A stretch of DNA of 64,000 nucleotides from assembly GCF_006345805.1 (NCBI RefSeq), contig NC_043008.1:52142001-52206000 (forward strand). Direction: 5' to 3'. Positions 49,841 to 61,319 of this stretch are shown here, in pieces. The DNA is from Octopus sinensis. Lineage: Eukaryota. The notes under the pieces are model-generated. The model was not told the origin of the DNA and searched no databases. It worked only from the letters and a program-made list of their open reading frames with translations. The translations under genes were made by a program, and so were the position numbers. Each line of letters opens with the position of its first letter. Within the stretch, counting starts at the first letter, position 1.

Positions 49841-50984
49841 GGACCAAGGTGTATGGCAATATGAGGTTGTTGAGAAGACTCATCCACCAAAACAAAACTG
49901 AATTCTGGAAGCACTCTGTGTTATTCTGCCCATACTCAACATTAATTCTTAAACTCCACCCCAATGAACCAAACTTCATCTCTTCATGCACTATACTTTC
50001 ACTCCCTATCACTCCTACCATCCAATTCTGCTCTGTCATCTATCTCATCTGTCTTCCCTCAGCCAGCTGTATCATTGCTATCCTGCTGGTCCCCTATATA
50101 CTTGTGTCTCACCACTCACTGCATCCCCGTTCTCCTCCCTTCATCTCTTTTGCACTCTCATGAACTGTTTGCTCACTATCCCAATCCAGTCCTCTCTTCT
50201 ACCCCATTTACATTCATCTCCTAATATCTAGAGGCACACACTGGCACGTTGCCACCATCTCTCTCAGTCTTTCTCTCTCTCTTTCCCACAGACTGGGGTA
50301 ACCCTCATCGTCTGGCACAAAGCCACCTCTCTCAATATCACTCTCCCTCCCAGTTGAGGGGTTTTTGGGATACAAATTCTTCAGTAACCTCACTGGTGTT
50401 GGTGCCATGGGGAAAAGCACTCAATACACTCTGTAAAATGGTTGGCATTAGGAAGTCATCTAGCAATAGAAACCCTGCCAAAACAGACAACTGGAGCTTG
50501 GTGCAGTCCTCTGGCTCACCAGCCCATGTCAAACTGTCCAACCCATGCCAGCATGGAAACAGACAATGTGTGTGTGTATGTGTACTCGCTCACACACACA
50601 CACACAGTGTTACCAAGTCTGCACTCTATGACATTACATTGTCATTTCATGCACACCCATAAATATCTTGAGACCAATAAAATATCCAAAGGCTCAGTTT
50701 GCAGAAAACCTGTAGAATTTGTTGGGATGGTTGATTGTTTCAATCTTTTGGATTACTTAAGCTGTACACCTCATTATCTCTCAAAACTACATTAGCTACT
50801 ATACCTTCAACTACCTCCTTAACTATTTTGATACCAACTCTCTCAATATCACGCCTAGTTCTATCATACAAAACTCCAGTTTTAAAGTGATTGAAATTAA
50901 AACCTTCCAATAAAATTCAATGTTAATTTATGTTTCAAAAATCATTTTAATAACCACAAAGTCATTTTAATATATTCTTCATTG

Positions 50985-51180
50985 AGCTGGCAGAAATGTT
51001 AGCATGCCAGGTGAAATGCTTAGTGGTATTTTGTCTGTCTTTATGTTCTGAGTTCAAATTCTACTGAGGTCAACTTTGCCTTTCATCAAAAAATTATGTA
51101 TCAGTTGCATACTGGGGTCGATCTAATCGACTGGCCCCCTCTCCAAAAATTTCGGGCCTTGTGCCTTGAGTAGAAAAGAA
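50985..51180 (+). mobile_element. SINE family A
   Basis: GAGCTGGCAGAAATGTTAGC..GAGTTCAAATTC..GTAGAAAAG. Confidence 0.8.
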
Positions 51181-51624
51181 TATATTCTTCATTATTTTCA
51201 AAATTAATTAAAACTATTTCAATTAAAATACAGTAACTAAAGAATTTATCTGTGAACTGCCATTCAAGACTGAGTGATAATATTTATTTCCAATGTAAAA
51301 TGGACACTAATATATAATTAATATGAAGACATTTTAATTGGTCTAATTAATAAATGTTGACATGGCTGTGTTGTTAAGAAGTGTGGTTTGGAATCAAGTG
51401 ACATTAGGTTCAATCCCCCCATGTGTCACCTTGGGCATATGTCTTTTGCTTTACCTTCAGGTTGACTAATGCCTTTGATTGAGCATTGTTGTACTTAAAT
51501 GCTTAAAGAGCAGTTCTTGAAATATCTTTGACTCCCTCATCTAACCTTAGCTCTGATGTTATTACTAGCTTAGGCTCAATTATTTGTATGTTGCTTAGCT
51601 AAGATGGCAGAACCTAACACTTAC

Positions 51625-51694
51625 TTCTAACAGTCTGTCTCAATACACTGGAGCCTTGTTTGCATATCCTGTTGCTAGCCCAGTACATCTGGTC
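51625..51694 (-). CDS. Upstream ectodomain exon of the receptor (candidate)
   Basis: tttctctatacctattttatatag|GAC ... AGA A|gtaagt; only phase 0 is open: DQMYWASNRICKQGSSVLRQTVR; A|GC joins the 47821 exon as Ser. Confidence 0.55.
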
Positions 51695-51786
51695 CTATAT
51701 AAAATAGGTATAGAGAAATTTCACCTGCTTTCAAATTCCATAACGTTTGTCACTAGCACTTGCAAGATCAATAGTTCTACCAACTT

Positions 51787-51820
<34 letters not shown>

Positions 51821-51869
51821 TATTGCATTTCTAAATCTCTCAGAGAGACTTATACAGTAGCAGCACAAT

Positions 51870-52202
51870 AAAGTGATGGTTTGTTTGTTGCCAACTTAAT
51901 GTGGCAGTCCCAGGAAAGGGAAGATTGTTACTGCTATTTAGCCCCAGGAAACTTCAAATGTGAATAAGCATTGACAGCTAGCAAGCCAAGCAACTCCAGA
52001 CTGATGAAGAGCAATGATTCTGAAACTAGTCTCTGAAAGTGGGCTTTGCTGGGTGGAGGTGCTTATCTCCCCTGTTTGAAAATTTAAGGACACACAATGC
52101 TTGTGTCACATAGCCAACTGGAAACGATGTTTCCTGCGCCTAAATAGCAGTAGCATTCTTCCCTTTCCTGGGTCTGCCATATTCAGTTGGCAACAAACTA
52201 CC

Positions 52203-52207
<5 letters not shown>
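51870..52207 (+). mobile_element. Fold-back element with ~80-bp inverted ends and a central hammerhead
   Basis: Arms 51870-51952 and 52129-52207; the right end abuts (TA)n. Confidence 0.8.
51997..52035 (+). ncRNA. Minimal type I hammerhead ribozyme
   Basis: Stem I CAGA/UCUG; CUGAUGA; stem II AGAG-CAAUGA-UUCU; GAAA; palindromic ACUAGU as stem/loop III; GUC cleavage after 52031. Confidence 0.78.
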
Positions 52208-52252
<45 letters not shown>

Positions 52253-52777
52253 AAATTGTTTTTATTGGTATCATTTTGGTTTTGATGTATATACACAATT
52301 TATTTTTCTATGTCCATATAGAGTTGGTTTCGTTTTTGTTTTGTTTCATTAGTATAGATATACATATGTATGTGAGTAAAGAAATAATGGGGTATATATG
52401 TAGATATAGCGTATTTATCTTATTTAATTTGTTGTTTTGGATCATTGTTAATATGTGGGGCATTTCGTTTGCATTGTATTACTTTGTTTTTGTTGTATGT
52501 ATGAATATATAAATGGCGGTGCCCCAGCATGGCCACAGCTCATAAGCTGAAACTAGAATCAATCAATCAATCATATGTAAATATTTTTTTTTGTTGACTG
52601 TTTTGAATTGATTTTGTTTTTCGCTTTGTTTCTATAAACGGAAAAATTGTTATCTCCCTTGCATTCTAATAGTCAAATTAAAAATACCTAGTTTTAAATT
52701 AGTATGTATGAAATAATGTTCTAACATAAATAGATACATGTGTGCATGAATTGTGTATGTATGTAAATTGTAAAAAG

Positions 52778-52808
<31 letters not shown>

Positions 52809-52999
52809 AATGTGTGTAGTGTGTGTGTATGAAAAAATAAGTTCAAAAAGAACAATTCAAACGTTTTGAAGGATCCCCCCCCCAAAAAAAGAAAAAAAGA
52901 CAATACAAATATGTAAAAAATAATAATAATAATTAGTATTACTATTATAAAAATTGTACATTGTCATTCTCATCAGTGAAGAATAATTTAAAACTAAAA

Positions 53000-55310
53000 T
53001 ACGTAAAATACGTAAAACAAACTAAATTTCGATAACTTAATCTATATTCATCAATTTATTTATTTATTTTATAAACACTTTGGTTTAATCTTATTCTACT
53101 TATGTTATATACACTACAAAATCTACTGTTAATTTATACTCATTATACTACTACAAATTATAACTACAAAAATTAGTAACATAAATCATGGTTAAATATA
53201 TACATACACAAATTAGCTAAACTTACTATATAAGTAATTTAACTTATGTCTACATTTAATTTTTCTCTCATCTTGCGAATTAAAAAAAATTTTATTATTA
53301 GATAGTAATATCTCCATAAATTCATTTGTACATAGTAAACAAAATCATTACCTATTCGATAAGATTTAGCTTTACAAACTATCTCCCAATTTAAAATATA
53401 CTTAATTCCTTTAGATTTCAATTTCCATATACATTTGCTAAGGACAGTAGAATTAATCAATGTTTTATTCTCAAATGAATGCATGTGTTGAGCCACCCTT
53501 AATTTAATTTATTAGAAGTTGACCCCACGTAAATCGCATTTAAATTATAACTATTTGTATTAATATTATCATCAATCAAAGTAACATCCAAATTACATTT
53601 ACTTTAAAATTTACATTTTGTCTTATCTCTACATGTATAATTAATTATACTCTGGTCTTTATTATTATTAGAATAATTATTTAGCATGTTACTGTAAAAC
53701 TTATTAAGCTTAAATCTATTAAAAGAAGAAATAATGTTACCAGCATTCTTTGTATTAGAATAACCAATTCCAAAATTATTACTAGAAAAGAATGTTATAT
53801 TTTTATTATCTATAATGAATACTTCAATTAGTTTTAATATCTCTTTAATAAAGTTTGTTTTAACTTGAGCCCTATAAAGAATAATTAACCAAATTTTGTT
53901 CTTATTATTAACATTATTTTTTATTTATTATATTATTATATTTATAATTATCATTAAACAAATTAAATTTATTCTTATCTTTTAGTCTATTATTATATTC
54001 ATTTTTTGTATTATCATAATACCTATTATTAAAACCATAGTTACCTAAATAAAACTTATCATAATTCTTAATATTAGGTTTATTATTATAAATATCATAG
54101 AAATTATTATATTATAAACTTTTATATTATGATTATATTTATAATTATTGAAGGATTTAATACTAATATTATATCCTGCCTCCTGCAAGGCTTCATTATA
54201 ATAAGATGTGTGTTTTTGGAAAATCTCAAAATTAGAAGAAAGCATCGATATTCTTTTACCTATATTATCTATCAACGATTTCTTAATTGAGGGTGGGTGA
54301 TTACTATTAGCATTAATATATCTAAGGTTTTCATTAATTTTATGGAATGTTCGGGTTTTACCTGTTATTAAATTAAAATTAGCATCTAACTAATTAAAAT
54401 TATAGTTCTCTTTATATATAGTAATACCTAATCTGTATCTTTAAAAAAAAACATATAGTTTCTTCTTATATAATTCTAGTGTTCTATTGGTGCAATTCTT
54501 AATAAAAGGTCATCCCTATATAATACACCCTCCAACTTTAATTTTTCTAATTGAAGTTCTGATAATAATTAAATACCTACTAAATCAGTTACCTGGGCAG
54601 GATCGGGGGCCCCCATAGGTATATCAAAATAGTCTCTAGTATCCTTCCTAGCCCACACTTTATTATTATATCTAATCAACGATTCCCTAGCCTCTTTAAC
54701 TACATTTTCATCATAAGTCATTCCAACCTTATTCTTTGCAAAAATTAGGGCCTTATTGAGTACAATCTCATTTATAGAAGAAAATAATTATCTATATCTA
54801 TTTGAATGAATTTATATCTATTTTTATTTTTAGTATTATTAAACCATTTTAAAGTATCATTAGTACTACTCCAAAGTTTTAGATAATTAAGTTCATTTAA
54901 TCTATTAATTTATTTATCTAAAATAATCTTAATTTACCTAGAGCTGATTTACATGGACAAACATGTCTAACTTTTGGGTCAGAATAAAAATTATCTTTAT
55001 GATTTTTTAAGTAATTCTAGGGTGCATAGGTATATAAGGTTCAGTTTTATTATCTAACTCATATTTCATCATGATTAATTTAGAGACATTATTTATATTA
55101 TAAAGAGTATTTTCAGGAACAATTTACATTATTTATCTATATATTTCTCTAATAGATTATCATATAATTTAACATCTAATTTATACAGGTTCTTAATTTT
55201 AACTGATTGTACTATAATTCCTTCCATATTTCACATTTCTTTTATTCCAATAGCTAGATTTCTTAAATATTCATTGTGCCTGTTATATTCCCCACTATTA
55301 TTATATAGAT
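53000..55310 (-). mobile_element. Penelope-like element relic (RT plus GIY-YIG endonuclease)
   Basis: DIPMGAPDPAQVTDLVG, GVLYRDD, NIGKRISMLSS..YYNEAL, IYVGST..STVLSKCIWKLK..NWEIV. Confidence 0.88.
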
Positions 55311-56019
55311 GAATAACTAAACTTGTGTATGTGTATATGCATCTGTGTATACGTACATATGTCTGTATGTATGCATACATAAATGATAGGTATATGTGTG
55401 CATGTATAAGTATATATAAATATGTGTATACATAAGCGTCTGTATTGTGCAAATAAATCAGTTATAGGACAGAATTATTTTAGATTTAAAGTTATGAATA
55501 TATAAAAATTTTAGTTAGATCATTTACTTATTTACGATCAAGCTCGCTCTTATATAGCATCTTTGTAAAGATTTTTAAAATTAAAAATATTTCATTTGAT
55601 ATTTTTTGTCAAATAGTTAAAAAGATATGTCAATCTGATGAAGCATCATTACATAGTTAAACGGATTTGATTATTCTTGTAAAACATCGTTTTATTAATG
55701 AAGTGGAAACAGCTGTAGTTTATGAGATGTGCCATTTGTTTTCTATAAAATATTGAAATTGAATTGAATTTATAATTGTCCAATTTATTTTGCTTTTCCA
55801 TTTCTGATTTATATATATATATATATTTCCTCCACCTCACTCTCTATTTATATCACATCGAAACTAACTATTACTTAACTTTTCCTCTCACACATTCTCC
55901 GGTGAAGGGATATTATTATTAATTAATATTCTAGAAACAGCTGTAAGACCTTCTATCTATAAATGGTCTAATATCTATGCAGCCTTGTTTTTTTTTATCT
56001 TATTACGCAAAAATTCATA

Positions 56020-56049
<30 letters not shown>

Positions 56050-56056
<7 letters not shown>

Positions 56057-58810
56057 TCATCATCATCATCATCGTTTAACGTCCGTTTTCCGCGCTAGCA
56101 TGGGTTGGACGGTTCGACCGGGGTCTGGGGAGCCAGGGGCTGCTCCAGGCTCCAGTCTGATCTGGCAGTGTTTCTACAGCTGGATGCCCTTCCTAACGCC
56201 AACCACTCTGCGAGTGTAGTGGGTGCTTTTTACGTGCCACCTGCACAGGTGCCAGAGGGGTCTGGCATCGGCCAAGATCGGTTGGTGCTTATTATGTGCC
56301 ACCGGCACAGAAGCCAGTCGAGGTGGTGCTGGCATCGGCCACGTTCGGATGGTGCTTATTATGTGCCACCGGCACAGAAGCCATTCGAGGCAGGGTTGGC
56401 ATCGGTCACGTTCGGATGGTGCTTTTTATGTGCCACCGGCACAGAAGCCAGTCGAGGCGGCACTGGCAACGGCCACGTTCAGATGGGGCTTTTTATGTGC
56501 CACCGGCACAGGTATCACAACTACTGTTTCCATTGATATTTGGTTCGATGTTCATGTACATGCACTTGACTCGACAGGTCTCCTCAAGCACAGCAAGATG
56601 TTCCGGGGTCCAAGGTACTTTGAATGGGCAGGGGGTATGCAGAACTGGTGCCGGAAGCATCCCGGGTCTTAGTAGTCACAGCACATCTCCAGAGATCCCG
56701 GTCCTTCGCCATTGCCTCACTGAGGCCCAACGCTCTGAGGTCATGCTTGACTACCTCATCCCATGTCTTCCTGGGTCTACCTCTCCCCCTGATTCCTTCA
56801 ACTGTTTGAGAGTGGCACTTCTTCACACATCTCTCCTCATCCATCCGCAGTACATGACCATACCATCGCAAGCGTCGCTCTTGCACACCGCATCTGATGC
56901 TTCTTATGCCTAGCATTTCTCTCAGGATGCTTACACTCTGTCGTGCATTCACACTGACATTACACATCCAGCGGATCATGCTAGCTTCATTTCTTTCAAG
57001 TCTACGCATGTCCTCTGCAGTCACGGATCATGTTTCACTGCCGTGAAGCATGGCAGTTCGCACACATGCATCATACAATCTACCTTTCACTCTGAGTGAG
57101 AGACCCTTTGTCGCCAGTAGGGGTAGGAGCTTTCTAAACTTTGCCCAGGCTATTCGTATTCTAGTGGTGACACTCTCTGAGCATCCACCCCCACTACTAA
57201 CTTGGTCACCCAGGTAGTGGAAACTATCAACTACTTCTAGTTTCTCCCCCTGGAGTGTGATGGAATCTGTTTTCTGAGTATTTGTGGTGTCTATTGTCCC
57301 TGTGCATCTGCCGCACATGAAAGCTATCTTATCAGTTTACATTCCCTTTGATGTTGCTGCACCTCTTATGCATCCATAGCTTACACTGGGTGCATCTTAT
57401 GGAGTTTCTACCTACACCTTTCCTACAACTCGAGCAGGGCCACCTGCCCGATGGGGTGTGTGATTCGCCGCCTTTCTGCATACTATAACTTTGGTCTTCG
57501 CTACATTTACTCTAAGGCCCTTTGATTCTAACCCTTGTTTCCACACCTAAAATTTATTTTTTAGTTCCGGTAGTGATTCTGCTATGAGGGCCAGGTCATC
57601 AGCATAGAGGAGCTCCCAGGGGCAACCTGTTTTGAATTCCTCTGTTATTGCCTGGAGGACTATGATGAATAAAAGGGGACTGAGGGCTGAGCCCTGGTGT
57701 ACACCTACTTCTACCTGGAATTCTTCACTATATTCGTTACCAATCCTAACCTTGCTGACAGCCTCTCTGTATAGAGCCTGTACAGCCCTTATTAGCCATT
57801 CGTCAATCTCCAGTTTACGCATCGACCACCAGATAAGGGATCGGGGAACCCTGTCAAAGGCTTTCTCCAAGTCCACAAAAGCTATGTAGAGGGGTTTATC
57901 TTTAGCTAGGTACTTCTCCTGCTGTTGTCGGACCAGGAATATAGCATCAGTGGTGCTTCTACCCGGCACAAAACCGAACTGCATCTCATCTAAGCAAATT
58001 CTCTCCCTAATGAGATGGGTTATGACCCTCTCTGTGGCTTTCATCACCTGATCCAACAGTTTAATACCCCTGTAGTTATTTCTATCTAGAGCATCACCCT
58101 TACCCTTGTAGCAGTTGACTATGGTGCTGCTATGCCAGTCATTGGGTATGACTCCATTATGAACTACCTGGTTAACAATACGGGTGACTAGGCCATAGCC
58201 CACATAACCAGCTGTTTTAAGCATCTCAGCAGTGATACCTGATGGGCCGGGGGCTTTACCTGGTTTCATATCCTTAATTGCCTTAACTACAAGGGAGCTG
58301 TCTATTTGGATAGCTGGTCCCTCTACTGGGTCAACATTTGGCAGGCTCTCCTCCTCCCATTCATTCTCCACATTCAGCAGTCTTTCATAATGGCTTCTCC
58401 AAGCCTCTTTCTTTTCACCAACATTAAAAGCAAGTGCCCCATCATCCATGCGGACACATTTCTCTCCTGTAACATCACTATTTTCTCTCACACACTGTCT
58501 AGCAATACGAAATACCTCAGTTCTTTGCTCCTTTACGTCGCTGGACATTGGCAAACTTCTTCTTTTCTGCTATATCTTTGGCTATGTATACCTGCCGCCC
58601 GGCCTCCCTTTTGGCTACTTGGTATGGTTCCCTGCTACCCCCATCCCTCCAGGCTCTCCAGGCCTGTTTCTTTGAACTAATGGCTTTGTCTACTGCACTA
58701 TTCCACCACCACGTAACTCTAGGTCTGGAAGGAACTTTGCACCATCCACAGATTTGGTCTGTGGCACTCAGCAAGCTGTCCCGTAGGAATTTCCAGCTGC
58801 CTTCTATGTC
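56050..58810 (-). mobile_element. Best-preserved RTE-clade LINE (5'-truncated; RT, PHD-like finger, C-terminus, 3' UTR)
   Basis: 335-aa ORF 57547-58554 with NYRGIKLL, QFGFVPGRST, FVDLEKAFDRV, GVHQGSALSPLLF, LLYADDL; only a few frameshifts. Confidence 0.95.
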
Positions 58811-58829
58811 CGATATATATATATATATG

Positions 58830-60311
58830 TACTGAACTTCAATTAGAAAATTTTAAGTTGGAGGGTGGTTTATATAGGGATGATCTTTTATTACTAAGAA
58901 TTGCGCCAATAGAACACTTGAATTATATAAGAAGAAACTATATAGTTTCTTTAAAAGATATGGATTAAGTATTACTATATATAAGGAGAACTATAATATT
59001 AATTATTTAGATGTTAATTTGAATTTAATAACGGGTAAAACCCAACCATATCACAAATTTAATGGAAACCTTAGATATATAAATGCTAATAGTAATCACC
59101 CACTCTCAATTAAAAATCGCTGATGAATAACATTGGTAAAAGAATATCATTACTCTGTTATCATTTAAAGATTTTCAATGAACATGCACCTTATTATAAT
59201 GAAGCCCTGCGAAAGGCAGGATATAATAATAATATCAAATTCTTTAATAATAATAGTTGTAATTATAATATAAAAGATTATAATAAACATAATGTTAAAA
59301 ATTATGATAAGTTTTACTTAGATAATTATGTTCTTAAAAATAGATATTACAATAATACAAATCATAAGAATAATAATCGAAGAAAAAATAAAAATTTGCT
59401 ATTGATCTCGTGCAGGATACCCAAACTGAACAACCCGAGGGAAGTACGGCAACTATTGTTGCAAAGAAGGTGAAAATAATGGCAACGAAAAAAGCGCACG
59501 AGCAATTGGCTGATAGGTGGGAGGAGAAACTCTGCACGGCAAATATGTGGCCCGCAGCAAACAAGCTGATGTTGACCAGAAGCAAACCCATCAGTGGCTA
59601 CGGAGCTCAGGGCTAAAAGCAGAGAGCGAAGGTTTCATCCTGGCTGCTCAAGATCAAAGCTATTAACCCGGAACTACCAGGCCAATGTGATGAAAAATGG
59701 AGCAGACCCAGAATGCCGATTCTGCAACGACATGATTGAAACAGTGGACCACCTAATCTCTGGATGTAAAGTCTTAGCACCAGTGGAGTATAAATTAAGA
59801 CATGACAGAGTTGGCCAATATCTACACTGGCTAATAAGTCGGCATTACAATATCAAAACTGCCGACAAGTGGTATAATCACCACCCTGAGGCTGTAACTG
59901 AAGGAGAAAATGTAACCATTCTGTGGGACTTTCCAGTACATACAGACCGAACCATCAAGGCCAATAAACCAGATATTGTTGTGAAAGACCAAAACAATTA
60001 ATTGTACATGTAGAGATAAAAATAAATGTAAATTTAATAATAAATGTAATTTGCATGATGTAGTTTATAAATGTATAGTTACTTTAATTGGTAATAATAT
60101 GAATGATTATAACTTAAACGCAATCTATATAGGGTCGACTTCAAATAAAATTAAATTAAGGGTGGCTCAACATATAAATTTCTTCAAGAATAGAATTTTA
60201 ATTAATTCTACTGGGCTTAGTAAATATATATGGGAACTTAAATCTAAACGTATTAAGTATAATTTAAATTGGGAGATAGTTTGTAAGGCAAAATCTTATA
60301 GTATAGGTAGT
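58830..60311 (+). mobile_element. Penelope-like element relic (RT C-terminal half plus GIY-YIG), interrupted and ending at the gap
   Basis: GGLYRDD, NYLDV, NANSNHP; CTCRDKNKC..YIGSTS..STGLSKYIWELK; closely similar to the 53-55 kb copy; starts at a (TA)n run. Confidence 0.88.
59395..59997 (+). mobile_element. R4/Dong-type (RLE) non-LTR retrotransposon fragment
   Basis: LHGKY..WLRSSGLKAESEGFILAAQDQ (frameshift) ..CRFC..ETVDHLISGC..RHDRV..ILWDFPVHTD..NKPDIVV: CCHC, RHD and PD-(D/E)xK start. Confidence 0.88.
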
Positions 60312-60411
60312 NNNNNNNNNNNNNNNNNNNNNNNNNNNNNNNNNNNNNNNNNNNNNNNNNNNNNNNNNNNNNNNNNNNNNNNNNNNNNNNNNNNNNNNNN
60401 NNNNNNNNNNN
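60312..60411. other. Assembly gap (100 N)
   Basis: Direct inspection. Confidence 1.
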
Positions 60412-61084
60412 TATATATATATATGTAGGAGAGTTCATGAAAAAAACAAAAGACGAAGACAGGTGGTGTACAAAACAAACAGATGTATTAGTATAATGCT
60501 CAGGAATAGAAAAAGTTTTTTATGTTTCGAAAGGGACACAGAAAAAAAAAACAAGGAGAGAAAAAATGTGTGTAGTGGCTACCGATCTATCATGGCGACT
60601 GCCAGACAGCAGGATCACACAGGAGAGCGAAGAAGTAGGGGAGATAACAAAGTAAAGATGACCCCCCCAACACGAAGGTGCATGTGTGTATAAGAGAGTA
60701 TGTATGTGCATGTGAAAGAGGGCTGGTGGTCTGGACATGTGCGTGTATGCATGTGTAGGTGTGAAAATGTGGGGATGGGAATTGGTCAGTGCTAGTGTGT
60801 GGGTGGTGTGTTGTGATGTGTAATGTTGTATGGTGTGATGTTGTTGGGAGGCGGGAGTGGGGAAAGCATGGGTGGGGTGTGGGTTTGGCTGGGGTTTGGG
60901 GTATGTGGGTGGGGGTAGAGGTGGGAGAGGGTGTAGGGGATAGGATGGGGGGATGGGAAGGATAGGAAAGGTGGAGTAGGAATGTGTAGGGGTGGGGTGG
61001 GCTTATGGGGGAGGTTTGACGATGAAGGGGGAAGGGGAAGGTGGGTATGTGAGGAGAGAGAAAGAGAAGGATATATATATCCTT

Positions 61085-61284
61085 TTCTTTTTACTTGTTT
61101 GTCATTTGACTGGCCATGCTGGAGCACCGTCCTTTAGTCAAACGAATCGACCCCAGGTCTTATTCTTTTGTAAGACTAGTACTTTTTCTATTAATATCTT
61201 CTGCCGAACCACTAAGTTACAGGGACATAAACACACCAACATCAGTTGTCAAGCAATTTTGGGGGAGACCAAGACAAACATACA

Positions 61285-61290
<6 letters not shown>
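61085..61290 (-). mobile_element. 3' half of the composite SINE
   Basis: Matches 7625-7830. Confidence 0.75.
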
Positions 61291-61314
<24 letters not shown>

Positions 61315-61319
<5 letters not shown>

